The position numbers and the translations under genes are program-made. From Thermodesulfobacteriota bacterium (lineage in GTDB: Bacteria; Desulfobacterota_D; UBA1144; Nemesobacterales; JAZGCJ01), in NCBI GenBank assembly GCA_036476895.1, contig JAZGCJ010000225.1, positions 1 through 48,749 of the forward strand: a stretch of DNA of 48,749 nucleotides. The letters run 5' to 3'. Shown here piece by piece: positions 8,703 to 16,458 of the stretch (the first letter of the stretch is position 1; the number at the start of each line of letters is the position of its first letter). Below the pieces are notes generated by a model. The model was not told the DNA's origin and did no database searches. It saw only the letters and a program-made list of their open reading frames with translations.

Positions 8703-8845
8703 TTCCCGCTCGTTAAATGCCAGTTATGACAAATATGGCACTTATACGTCCGTAAGTCAACTTCATGGTCTTTCGATTCAAGATAATAAATATTCGCCTG
8801 AGCTTCCTGTCTACTCTCGTACCGTGTCTTGGTACATATTGTCAA
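8699..8845 (-). CDS. possible small zinc-binding protein (below ORF-track cutoff)
   Basis: Open frame ...TICTKTRYESRQEAQANIYYLESKDHEVDLRTYKCHICHNWHLTSGK whose TGA overlaps the next ATG (ATGA). The only canonical start is the TTG at 8845. AGGAGGAGG lies further upstream, so the start is uncertain. Confidence 0.3.
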   Translation of the reverse strand: MTICTKTRYESRQEAQANIYYLESKDHEVDLRTYKCHICHNWHLTSGK

Positions 8846-8923
8846 ATTGTCTTCTGAAATAACAAGCCTCCTCCTGTATTATACTTTTCTAATACTATAG
8901 TATAAAGTACCGACTTTCCTGCT

Positions 8924-9136
8924 TCATTCCTTATCGTTCTCCTGATCTGTTATTAATTCCAGAGCTACCAAATTATTTTCTGCGAACTGTATAATTTGTT
9001 CTTTCCAGAACTCCTCAGTAACCTTACCCGTTCCTTGACAAGCAATACATCCCGCAGGTAAACCGAGATTATATGGAAGATACTCTGACCCTGTACCGCG
9101 ACAAACCTGACATGATTTCAAATTATCATTAACCAT
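8924..9136 (-). CDS. NL-tail family mini-protein, double CxxCxGxG zinc-knuckle subtype (dispersed copy)
   Basis: MVNDNLKSCQVCRGTGSE...CIACQGTGKVTEEFWKEQIIQFAENNLVALELI has the same architecture as the array at 21.4-23.3 kb. The ATG at 9136 overlaps the upstream TAA (TAATG). Confidence 0.6.
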   Translation of the reverse strand: MVNDNLKSCQVCRGTGSEYLPYNLGLPAGCIACQGTGKVTEEFWKEQIIQFAENNLVALELITDQENDKE

Positions 9137-9396
9137 TAAAATATAGCCCACAAGAATACTAAGAACCAACCCGCACCATGAGAACCACCAGTCATAATCA
9201 ACATTGTTACCGCCACAATACCTGCAATAAGAACAGCAAATCCTTTGGTTTCCTTTGGAGATATTGTCCTGATAAGTTCAATCAGCCCAGGCTTATCACT
9301 TGGCTCCTTTTTCTTTGGAGTCACCCATTTAATAAATCTCTCGATATTTGTTGGATTCTCAGACATGTCGATGTCTATCTCCATAATTGTATTCAA
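9136..9396 (-). CDS. small membrane protein
   Basis: C-terminal hydrophobic helices (FAVLIAGIVAVTMLIMTGG..WFLVFLWAIF). Start uncertain. Confidence 0.5.
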   Translation of the reverse strand: MNTIMEIDIDMSENPTNIERFIKWVTPKKKEPSDKPGLIELIRTISPKETKGFAVLIAGIVAVTMLIMTGGSHGAGWFLVFLWAIF

Positions 9397-9550
9397 TTAA
9401 ATCTGACATCTCCCAATAACTATCCCAATTCTTATCCTTTGCTTCTTTCTCCCATTTCCGCATTGTTTTCTCTGCTTCTCTTCTAGACTTAAAGACATGT
9501 GGTCCGTCCATTGGATCAAATACTATCCAAACTTTTTCAGGTATTCTCAT
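9359..9550 (-). CDS. hypothetical protein
   Basis: 63-aa minus-strand ORF. Confidence 0.5.
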   Translation of the reverse strand: MRIPEKVWIVFDPMDGPHVFKSRREAEKTMRKWEKEAKDKNWDSYWEMSDLIEYNYGDRHRHV

Positions 9551-9565
9551 GTCATTTTCTCCAAT

Positions 9566-10030
9566 TTATTTCTTTTTGTGTTTTCTTATGGCTATTGATT
9601 TAGCTTTTACTTGAGACTTATACCCACGAGTGTATTGGTCAAACAGTAATTCCTGCAAAGCATTGATATATCCATCGGTGATAGTAGCTTCCTCAGCTAG
9701 ATTATCTTTAATAAACTCTATTGCTCTTAATCTAGTTTCAAGGCGTATCTTATCCTTATCCCGACCAATTAAAGGGCGTAGCATTTTACCTATAACATCT
9801 TCCTTCTTTTGCTTTCGCATCTCTCTCAAATGCCCGAAGGGAGTTACCTCACTTACGTTTCTTTTATCTAGTTTCCCATTCCCATTAATATAATAATTAT
9901 CGTCGTCCAATATTTCTTTGAGAACCGTTTTCTTTAGATTCCTAGCGTCTGCAATATCCTTAACTTTTATTCTCGATATTGCCGTTTTTTGCGGTGGTTT
10001 GTTTCTCCTGAATAAGTCCATTATACTCAT
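9566..10030 (-). CDS. hypothetical protein
   Basis: 154-aa minus-strand ORF. No motif recognised. Confidence 0.6.
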   Translation of the reverse strand: MSIMDLFRRNKPPQKTAISRIKVKDIADARNLKKTVLKEILDDDNYYINGNGKLDKRNVSEVTPFGHLREMRKQKKEDVIGKMLRPLIGRDKDKIRLETRLRAIEFIKDNLAEEATITDGYINALQELLFDQYTRGYKSQVKAKSIAIRKHKKK

Positions 10031-10034
10031 TTAA

Positions 10035-10280
10035 CTATCCTCCAATTCCCTTTTTTTCTAAATAAGACTGTCTTAAATAGTCTTGAAATATTAGATGCTT
10101 TAGTAGTGGATGAAGAATAGCTGTAACATTTTCTGGTGTTGGCTTCTCCACCTCGTTATAAATAAAATCAATGAAGTCATGAACTTTTGGTTCAATGTTA
10201 TATAAACTCCAACACATTCTCTGCATATCATGTGCTGTCTTTATGATGGGATGATCCTTCAAGTAACTTTCTATACTCAT
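10035..10280 (-). CDS. hypothetical protein
   Basis: 81-aa minus-strand ORF with a 4-nt overlap upstream. Confidence 0.55.
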   Translation of the reverse strand: MSIESYLKDHPIIKTAHDMQRMCWSLYNIEPKVHDFIDFIYNEVEKPTPENVTAILHPLLKHLIFQDYLRQSYLEKKGIGG

Positions 10281-10927
10281 ATCATTTTCTCCAATTCACC
10301 TCGTACTCTTTCCGGTGTTATTTTAGGATACGCTTCGTTAAAGTATTCTCTGCAAGCCCTCAGCGATCCAATGTGAGGCTTGAACCCTTTCGTCAAGAAC
10401 CTATAGAACCTGAACACTCTCAAGTAATCCTCTTTGATTCTATCCTTCGGTCTCCCAATAAATCGTAAGACTCTTTTATTTAAATCTTCCAGGCCAGTTC
10501 CGTTTGGATCAAAAGTTTCACCTGACTCAAAGTCGAGATATAAAGCATTCACCGTGAAGTCCCTCCGCTTTGCATCCTCTTCCAACGTACCTATCTCTAC
10601 GGACTCTGGTCGTCTACCATCTAAGTATACACCATCTTTGCGGAAATTTGCAACCTCGTATTGCTCATGATCCTTGGAAATACTTAACACTAAGAACTTT
10701 TCACCTGTTTCATCTACCTTCCAGCCAGCCTTCTTAAATGCTGGCTTGGACTTCTCAATGGGTGCCTCGGTCACAATATCCAAATCCTTGAAGTCCTTTT
10801 CCATCATGTAATCTCTGACGCAGCCCCCGACCAAATAGTTGTGTGCTGAATATTGTTTTAACACCGCAAAGATATCCGTGAGGTGATAGTATTGTGTTCT
10901 TCGTAAAGGAATAGTATCCTGAGTCAT
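10277..10927 (-). CDS. tRNA nucleotidyltransferase / poly(A) polymerase family protein (CCA-adding head domain, short form)
   Basis: LVGGCVRDYMM..DFKDLDIVT (GGxVRD ... DxD) and RRDFTVNALY motifs are typical of class II CCA-adding enzymes. At 216 aa it lacks the long body/tail domains. Confidence 0.85.
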   Translation of the reverse strand: MTQDTIPLRRTQYYHLTDIFAVLKQYSAHNYLVGGCVRDYMMEKDFKDLDIVTEAPIEKSKPAFKKAGWKVDETGEKFLVLSISKDHEQYEVANFRKDGVYLDGRRPESVEIGTLEEDAKRRDFTVNALYLDFESGETFDPNGTGLEDLNKRVLRFIGRPKDRIKEDYLRVFRFYRFLTKGFKPHIGSLRACREYFNEAYPKITPERVRGELEKMI

Positions 10928-11304
10928 TTAAAGATTCTCCCAATCCAACCGTAAGCCTGCTCAAAATTTGTTGGTATTCTATCCTTCTGCTCTCGCTTTC
11001 TTAACTCATCTATCCTTGCCAATATATCTATGACCGCTAGATTACTAGAGAACATATTACGATTTATCTCAACGAATCTTTTATTTGTTATCTCTCTTCG
11101 ATAATAATATTCACATGCTTTCGCTAAAGCTGTTGGTGGAGTTATTGTTACTCTATGTTGTACATCTCCTGTATGTTCTACTTTTCCCCAATCATAATCT
11201 TCTACAAACTGTAAGATTACCTTCACCAAAGAATCATGACCTATTTGATCTAACTCTTTTTTTATCTCTGCGAAATTATAATAATCAATATTTCGTTTAG
11301 TCAT
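10924..11304 (-). CDS. hypothetical protein
   Basis: 126-aa minus-strand ORF with 4-nt overlaps. Confidence 0.6.
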   Translation of the reverse strand: MTKRNIDYYNFAEIKKELDQIGHDSLVKVILQFVEDYDWGKVEHTGDVQHRVTITPPTALAKACEYYYRREITNKRFVEINRNMFSSNLAVIDILARIDELRKREQKDRIPTNFEQAYGWIGRIFK

Positions 11305-11540
11305 TTAGGTATCCCCAAGAGCTTATCATCCCAATCCAAGGACTCACCCTTGAATGCTACACTGTCATCAAGAATCTTCACTTCAATATCTGTGGCATTC
11401 ACTTCATAATCTATATACTTTCTTGCATCTTTATTATAGACTCTAAAGTAAAGTTTACCATCAGTATTGTAGGATGGTGTCATAAGAAACCCTACTGTTC
11501 CTTTAGCGGGTCTTTCTTTTACCTTTCTTGTTCTTGCCAT
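11301..11540 (-). CDS. hypothetical protein
   Basis: 79-aa ORF. AGGAAGG precedes the ATG. Confidence 0.55.
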   Translation of the reverse strand: MARTRKVKERPAKGTVGFLMTPSYNTDGKLYFRVYNKDARKYIDYEVNATDIEVKILDDSVAFKGESLDWDDKLLGIPK

Positions 11541-11760
11541 TTAATACCTTCCTAAGTATCTTTGTTTTAACATACGGAGGTACAACCAAAAAAGGGAAAG
11601 GTTCTTTGATAACCTTGCGAACCATCTCCCCAAACTTCGCCAAATCTTCATCAGTTGGAATAATATTTTGAGCCGTATCTCCAATTATGAAGAGTACTAA
11701 ATCATTTCCTTTTGTTTTAACTACCTCAGCTTTGATTTGCTTTAATAATTTACTGGTCAT
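11503..11760 (-). CDS. hypothetical protein
   Basis: 85-aa minus-strand ORF with an ATGA overlap with a possible upstream small ORF. Confidence 0.55.
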   Translation of the reverse strand: MTSKLLKQIKAEVVKTKGNDLVLFIIGDTAQNIIPTDEDLAKFGEMVRKVIKEPFPFLVVPPYVKTKILRKVLNGKNKKGKRKTR

Positions 11761-11921
11761 TTGCTTTTTCTCCTTTTCTTTTTCTGCCTTTTCCTCTTGT
11801 CATTCAATATCTCTTTAATGACTACTTGTTTACCGTAGCTCTTATGACCACAACAACCATGAATCCCGCCGTGTCCGATACCGTGTGGACAAGCATATTC
11901 TTTAGCTCCACTTGTATTCAC
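11757..11921 (-). CDS. possible small His/Cys-rich protein (below ORF-track cutoff; 5' end unclear)
   Basis: From the GTG at 11921 the frame reads NTSGAKEYACPHGIGHGGIHGCCGHKSYGK...KKKRRKSK, and its TGA overlaps the next ATG. The frame stays open 66 nt further upstream without a start codon. An A8 run at 11955-11962 separates it from a TTG-initiated frame. Confidence 0.3.
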   Translation of the reverse strand: MNTSGAKEYACPHGIGHGGIHGCCGHKSYGKQVVIKEILNDKRKRQKKKRRKSK

Positions 11922-12007
11922 ACGTACATAAGGCCAATTCCAATTCTCTAATTCTTTTTTTTCCTTTGCTGTTATTCCACGTCCTCTTCAACCGAGAGTC
12001 TTTAACA

Positions 12008-12403
12008 TTATTTCTGTGGAACTACCGCCGTTAAAAGATCATCACTACTTATCTGCCCACTCGTTGCCAAGCGTCTCAAGTTGTCTTGACTCTTCAGTAA
12101 ACTTTCAATGACCTCATCGGCCTCGATAGTTGCTTCATCATGCATCTTATTCAATAGCTTGAAATGTTTCTTCTGAGCCGATAGACGTTCTTTCTTTGTT
12201 ACTTTACTACTGGAATCGATCTCAGCAGTTTCTTTTAAAACTTGTCTGGCCCTATCTTCTTGTGATTTAATAGTTTTTAGAGCTTGTATCAATTCCAATC
12301 TTAAACCAAAGAACGCTGTAATAACTCTCTTCAATCTCTCACGTTCCTCACTGTCCGGTTTTGCTAAGATCAACAGGTCTTTTAATTCATCTATTTTACT
12401 CAT
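12008..12403 (-). CDS. hypothetical coiled-coil protein
   Basis: 131-aa ORF with an ATGA overlap with an upstream small ORF. Confidence 0.6.
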   Translation of the reverse strand: MSKIDELKDLLILAKPDSEERERLKRVITAFFGLRLELIQALKTIKSQEDRARQVLKETAEIDSSSKVTKKERLSAQKKHFKLLNKMHDEATIEADEVIESLLKSQDNLRRLATSGQISSDDLLTAVVPQK

Positions 12404-12540
12404 CTACGTTTTCTCCTTTGTCTACTGTGCTTTCTCCACCCTTTTGTACCATCCCAATTCTGATAACACTGGTTGCATACGATACCCCCGAATGTATCCA
12501 GCTTCAGAACTCTTCTCTTTCCACAGCGTTCACACTTCAT
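12400..12540 (-). CDS. small zinc-ribbon protein (46 aa, below ORF-track cutoff)
   Basis: AAGGAGAC lies 3 nt before the ATG at 12540. Translation is MKCERCGKRRVLKLDTFGGIVCNQCYQNWDGTKGWRKHSRQRRKRR. Its TGA overlaps the next ATG. Confidence 0.5.
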   Translation of the reverse strand: MKCERCGKRRVLKLDTFGGIVCNQCYQNWDGTKGWRKHSRQRRKRR

Positions 12541-12666
12541 TAAGTCTCCTTAAATTCTGGTGGAAGTTATTCTCTGAACCCTTGAAGGAGTCCATACTGC
12601 CTTATTCTTTATATTAGGGCAGCATCCACCATTAAATTAGTCTCCCCCTAACATCCACAAGGTGAT

Positions 12667-13041
12667 TTAGGTCCCATGTTGTGCCTCCTCTACAACTTCT
12701 AAATTGCTCTGCAAGTATCTCCGGTAATATGGCGTATGAGAATAATATCCCACATGTAATGCGGGTTCGTTCTCTACAACCCTTATCCACCACCTCTCTA
12801 ACAAGCTGGCATTTCGTTTTCTCTTTTTCTCCGCATCCAGTCTTTTCTTATCAGTTGGACAGAAACATACTTCATACAAATATTTCTTTCCTGTATGAGT
12901 ATCAAACGTCTGCCAATTTTCATCTCTAGGAGCTGGATACCATTGTATAGGAATACCGCAATCCTCACAGTATTTTTCTATACGGCTAAAATCGTAAGAG
13001 TAAGCGTACCCCTCATAATTTTTTCCAAAGGATACACTCAC
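12667..13041 (-). CDS. hypothetical protein with NL tail (QSNLEVVEEAQ) at C-terminus
   Basis: 124-aa ORF. The C-terminal YLQSNLEVVEEAQHGT matches the paralog-array tail (compare KSNLELVELYEQAD) although the N-terminal region is unrelated. Confidence 0.6.
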   Translation of the reverse strand: MSVSFGKNYEGYAYSYDFSRIEKYCEDCGIPIQWYPAPRDENWQTFDTHTGKKYLYEVCFCPTDKKRLDAEKKRKRNASLLERWWIRVVENEPALHVGYYSHTPYYRRYLQSNLEVVEEAQHGT

Positions 13042-13406
13042 GTTCTTGCCTCCGTACTCATTGTCGCCATCAAATTGAAATCACTCACAATCGTCATAAA
13101 GTCTACATTACTCTCCAGCTTGGAGATTAATAAATCTTTCAGAAACTTTCTCCTACCTTCTAAAACATCTGGATAAGATTCTTTATTTGTGCTATCCTCT
13201 TTCTGTACCTGAAGCCAATGCTGGACGTATGCAATAGCTAACTCTTTCGTCCATTGCTTCTTACTGTACATAATCATTTCCCAATCAATGTTCTCAATAT
13301 CCTCTTTCTTCGCCCCGTCTTCAACAGTGAGAACATCCACAGTCTCTTGCCCTCTGTTGATTAGATCATGGCTTGGGACCATTATAACAGCCTTAGTTGT
13401 TTTCAT
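13038..13406 (-). CDS. hypothetical protein
   Basis: 122-aa minus-strand ORF with 4-nt overlaps. Confidence 0.6.
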   Translation of the reverse strand: MKTTKAVIMVPSHDLINRGQETVDVLTVEDGAKKEDIENIDWEMIMYSKKQWTKELAIAYVQHWLQVQKEDSTNKESYPDVLEGRRKFLKDLLISKLESNVDFMTIVSDFNLMATMSTEART

Positions 13407-13609
13407 ACAATCCCCGTAAAATCTTGTTGCTCTTCTGCTAACATTTCATAAGGAGTTTTAGGTCTGCACAGTTGTTCACACTTCTGTTGGGCCTTATATT
13501 TGGTTTCCTTCCTCACCTTCCGAATAAGATAATCCAAATCTTGTTCAAACAGGTTATCTTTTTTAGCATATACTCTTTTTAGGTGTTTTATCACCTCACT
13601 TGTTTTCAT
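13403..13609 (-). CDS. hypothetical protein
   Basis: 68-aa minus-strand ORF with 4-nt overlaps. Confidence 0.55.
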   Translation of the reverse strand: MKTSEVIKHLKRVYAKKDNLFEQDLDYLIRKVRKETKYKAQQKCEQLCRPKTPYEMLAEEQQDFTGIV

Positions 13610-13851
13610 ATATTCCCTCTATCAACAAATCTTTGTAGTTTCTTAATCAACCATCTTGCTAACTTCTTATCAACATGCATACGAGATAAACAATGTCCAT
13701 CAACATGTTTACCTTCAACCATTCCCAACCAAAGAGCTTCCTTTGTAGCTAGAGAACTTTCTTGAATCGAACACTTATCTCCGTATATATCGAAGAACTC
13801 ATCCCTACGGAATCCTCTATTTGTGTAACGGTTCTTCTTAGAATTAATCAT
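13606..13851 (-). CDS. hypothetical protein
   Basis: The ATG at 13851 (MINSKKN...) follows GGAGAAGAA and overlaps the upstream stop. The ORF-track start at 13887 is less likely. Confidence 0.55.
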   Translation of the reverse strand: MINSKKNRYTNRGFRRDEFFDIYGDKCSIQESSLATKEALWLGMVEGKHVDGHCLSRMHVDKKLARWLIKKLQRFVDRGNI

Positions 13852-14129
13852 TTCTTCTCCAATACCGGAGCATCCGATAACCACCATGCTATCTCATCAT
13901 ATAAATGTAATTTTTTAAGAGCACCAGCTTCTTTTAAATTTTTAGCTACTTTCCATACTAAGGCTAAGTCTGCTGATAGTTCTTGAGCATCTTCTTCATT
14001 ACCAATCTCCCAATCATTACATGAATGATCTAAATAAACTTTGAAATGTCGTGGGACTTTTTTACCATCCTCATCCTTCCAACCACCATGTACCGTTAAA
14101 TGTAATTGTTTTTCCCAGTTGGTACTCAT
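13848..14129 (-). CDS. hypothetical protein
   Basis: The ATG at 14129 (MSTNWEKQ...) overlaps the upstream stop in ATGA style. Confidence 0.55.
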   Translation of the reverse strand: MSTNWEKQLHLTVHGGWKDEDGKKVPRHFKVYLDHSCNDWEIGNEEDAQELSADLALVWKVAKNLKEAGALKKLHLYDEIAWWLSDAPVLEKK

Positions 14130-14407
14130 GATAAAAGCTTCTTCCAATTAGGTAGCTTGGCTTTGCGTTTAATCTCCGCAAACTTCGCTTTTTTAACTTT
14201 CCTTCGTTCCGCTTCTTCTTCAGCGTCCTTCTTTGCCTTTATCTTTTCTGATGCTTTGGTATTAATCAACCCATGCCCGTTAGGACAATGAAACCCTGCC
14301 TCTCGATAGTGTACCTCCGGTGTGATAAAAAAGCCAACACTACAAGTGCAACAGGTGGTAAACTCATACTCTTCTTGTCGTTTTTTACTCTTCAGTTTTG
14401 TTGTCAT
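14126..14407 (-). CDS. hypothetical protein with basic C-terminal tail
   Basis: 93-aa minus-strand ORF. Confidence 0.55.
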   Translation of the reverse strand: MTTKLKSKKRQEEYEFTTCCTCSVGFFITPEVHYREAGFHCPNGHGLINTKASEKIKAKKDAEEEAERRKVKKAKFAEIKRKAKLPNWKKLLS

Positions 14408-14604
14408 TAAATTTCCTCAATTATTGTCTTGTCGATTGGCACATAGACTTCTTTCCCGTTTGGCAAAGTTAACTGCCACAAATTATCATTGTAAGTTTCG
14501 CATTCAGATACCCTAAAGACTTGCTCAGTATCAAATATCCGAACATAGACTTTGTACTTAATCTTGCTCCCATGACTTTTGTTAGCCATCAAATCTCCCC
14601 GCAA
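14407..14604 (-). CDS. hypothetical protein
   Basis: 65-aa minus-strand ORF. Start may be 14589. Confidence 0.5.
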   Translation of the reverse strand: MRGDLMANKSHGSKIKYKVYVRIFDTEQVFRVSECETYNDNLWQLTLPNGKEVYVPIDKTIIEEI

Positions 14605-14926
14605 TCTCTGCTATCTCGTCCATAGCATCTTTCATGCCTTCCTTCTGTTCATCTTGAAGAACTATAATTTGTTCATCAAGTTCGTCTAGTTTTTCTTCAA
14701 GCTCCTTCGCTCTTCCTTCTAACTCTTCCACTTGGGCTTCCAAGTCACTAATCTGACTCTCTTTCTCCCCGCACTCATCACAATCCACATCACCGCCCCC
14801 GTTACAGCAACAATCACCAAGCTCAAATTCAAGCTCATCATTACGTTCTTTCAGTTCTTCTATCTCCTCAAGCAATTTAACTTTTGAACGTGGATTAGTT
14901 TTTTGTTTCGTGTTTATCTTAGCCAT
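14582..14926 (-). CDS. highly acidic coiled-coil protein with central Cys cluster
   Basis: Runs of Glu/Asp (ELEFELGDCCCNGGGDVDCDECGEKE...EELEGRAKELEEKLDELDEQ) follow a short basic N-terminus. Confidence 0.55.
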   Translation of the reverse strand: MAKINTKQKTNPRSKVKLLEEIEELKERNDELEFELGDCCCNGGGDVDCDECGEKESQISDLEAQVEELEGRAKELEEKLDELDEQIIVLQDEQKEGMKDAMDEIAEIAGRFDG

Positions 14927-15380
14927 TATTTTTTACTCTCCTTGCTAACATCTTTCTGTAATAGATGTGGACTCTTCTCCACTGAGCAGTAATATAATCT
15001 AAATCAGACAATTTGTCAAGTGCCAACTCCCAAGCTCTGCGTAAAACAAATCTGTGCTTCAACATCTCATCGTATCCCCACGAATCATGGTCTGTGAATC
15101 TCGCTTCAATATCCTGAAAAACAAATGAAGCTCTTAATGTTTCCGGTGTCAAGGGATAGATACGTTCCAACTCATCATTATCCAAATGCCAACGATATGA
15201 CCCGTAATCCAGCGTCACTCCATTATTCTTTACAGGTCTTCCCGCAGCCACAACTTGAGCAAGACTTAAGTTATGAAATACCCAGTCACCCTTCTTGCAT
15301 GGAATCTCATTATCACAGCACATTATTTCTTTCACCCATGAATATACTCCCGCAACAATGAACTTCTCTTTCTTACTCAC
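14919..15380 (-). CDS. hypothetical protein
   Basis: 153-aa minus-strand ORF. Confidence 0.6.
   Translation of the reverse strand: MSKKEKFIVAGVYSWVKEIMCCDNEIPCKKGDWVFHNLSLAQVVAAGRPVKNNGVTLDYGSYRWHLDNDELERIYPLTPETLRASFVFQDIEARFTDHDSWGYDEMLKHRFVLRRAWELALDKLSDLDYITAQWRRVHIYYRKMLARRVKNNG
14991..15019 (-). promoter_or_regulatory. intragenic sigma-A-type promoter candidate (TTGACA-17-TATATT)
   Basis: The minus strand reads TTGACAaattgtctgatttagatTATATT. It lies inside the 3' part of ORF 14919..15380, so it could be a chance match. Confidence 0.3.
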
Positions 15381-15601
15381 TTTTTCTTTCTCTTTTTATT
15401 ATTAATACCTTTAACGATTATTAAATTTAGTTTGCTTAAATGTTTCTCTTCAATCTTCATCATCGTTTTCAGAGTCTTATTAACTTGCTTCATCAAATTT
15501 GTTGGATCATCTATTTCAGGAAATAGATTACCTATAACCTTTGCAAGAATCTTACTATCTTTCTTATTGAATGTTTTTCCCTTACTTATATGCTTGCTCA
15601 C
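15377..15601 (-). CDS. hypothetical basic protein
   Basis: 74-aa minus-strand ORF with 4-nt overlaps. Confidence 0.5.
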   Translation of the reverse strand: MSKHISKGKTFNKKDSKILAKVIGNLFPEIDDPTNLMKQVNKTLKTMMKIEEKHLSKLNLIIVKGINNKKRKKK

Positions 15602-15804
15602 TTTTTCTCCTTTAAATAAAACTGTGGCTTTGTGTCCGCCTCTAAATGATACTGAGGTAAGTCCACCCGCTCTCCAACCGACAGGACTCCAGTATGGTGG
15701 GACTTGGCTACATAACCTGTGAGTCTCCGCTTGTACATCATCCCAACGATGTCATAAATACCGTTGGTAAACATTCCAAATACACGTCGTTCAGTATCAA
15801 TCAT
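15598..15804 (-). CDS. hypothetical protein
   Basis: The ATG at 15804 follows GAGGGGACAAAGA. Confidence 0.5.
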   Translation of the reverse strand: MIDTERRVFGMFTNGIYDIVGMMYKRRLTGYVAKSHHTGVLSVGERVDLPQYHLEADTKPQFYLKEKK

Positions 15805-15982
15805 TCTTTGTCCCCTCAATTAACTGTTGTTTGAATCTACCAACAATAGCATCGACAGTTAGCTTTCCGTTCTTTAATTGTTTTTCAATCTCCCCTTGTG
15901 GCAACTCCACATCTTCCTTCCTACCATAATAAAGAAAGTTACCTACCAAGTCGTCAATCGTATTTTGAATATTAATATCCAT
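15797..15982 (-). CDS. hypothetical protein
   Basis: 61-aa minus-strand ORF. Confidence 0.5.
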   Translation of the reverse strand: MDINIQNTIDDLVGNFLYYGRKEDVELPQGEIEKQLKNGKLTVDAIVGRFKQQLIEGTKND

Positions 15983-15992
15983 GTCGTTCCCC

Positions 15993-16175
15993 CTATTTAT
16001 CTTCCCACTTCATAAGGTGATATAGAAACACGCCCCAAGCTTTCTTACACTCGGTTGAAATACCTTTTGGATGTAACAATAGTTCACTGGCTGCCTTAAG
16101 CACCATATTCTTTAAATCTTTCATAGGTATGGGTGGTCCTAGTAAAACTCTCTCAAGATTTGTCGTACTTGTCAT
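15993..16175 (-). CDS. hypothetical protein
   Basis: 60-aa minus-strand ORF. Confidence 0.5.
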   Translation of the reverse strand: MTSTTNLERVLLGPPIPMKDLKNMVLKAASELLLHPKGISTECKKAWGVFLYHLMKWEDK

Positions 16176-16184
16176 ATAATTCTC

Positions 16185-16376
16185 CTATTCGTATTGTTTA
16201 TAAAGATCGATCATTGTTTCTTCGGTGAACGGAGACACACCAAAGAGTCTTGCCTCTACACTCCAATTTCCTCGTGGCCCTTTATGTTCATAATACCCAC
16301 CACCAGTCATAGTGAAAGTATATCTCTTTCCAGTCGTTTTGTCAATGATTTCTTTAACCTCTTGATACTCAGTCAT
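16185..16376 (-). CDS. hypothetical protein
   Basis: The ATG at 16376 (MTEYQEV...) lies 6 nt after CAGGAG. The ORF-track start at 16448 lacks an RBS. Confidence 0.5.
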   Translation of the reverse strand: MTEYQEVKEIIDKTTGKRYTFTMTGGGYYEHKGPRGNWSVEARLFGVSPFTEETMIDLYKQYE

Positions 16377-16458
16377 TTTCATCTCCTGTTGTTCGGCTTT
16401 CTCCGCTTTATGGGCGTTGTTAATTAACCCCAAGCAAAGTCCAGTCACAAATATGATG

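Noticed and set aside
8878-8885. AGTATAAT promoter-like box upstream of the AGGAGGAGG at 8867-8875.
   Set aside because: It is not listed as a feature. The -10 box is only 3 nt from the Shine-Dalgarno sequence, so a transcript starting about 7 nt downstream would lose the RBS. It is kept only as a weak relative of the TGTATAAT class.
10755-10964. Minus-strand 69-aa ORF overlapping the 5' part of the CCA-adding enzyme gene.
   Set aside because: It sits in an alternative frame inside a gene with clear family motifs, has no RBS and would break the regular start/stop junction at 10924-10927.
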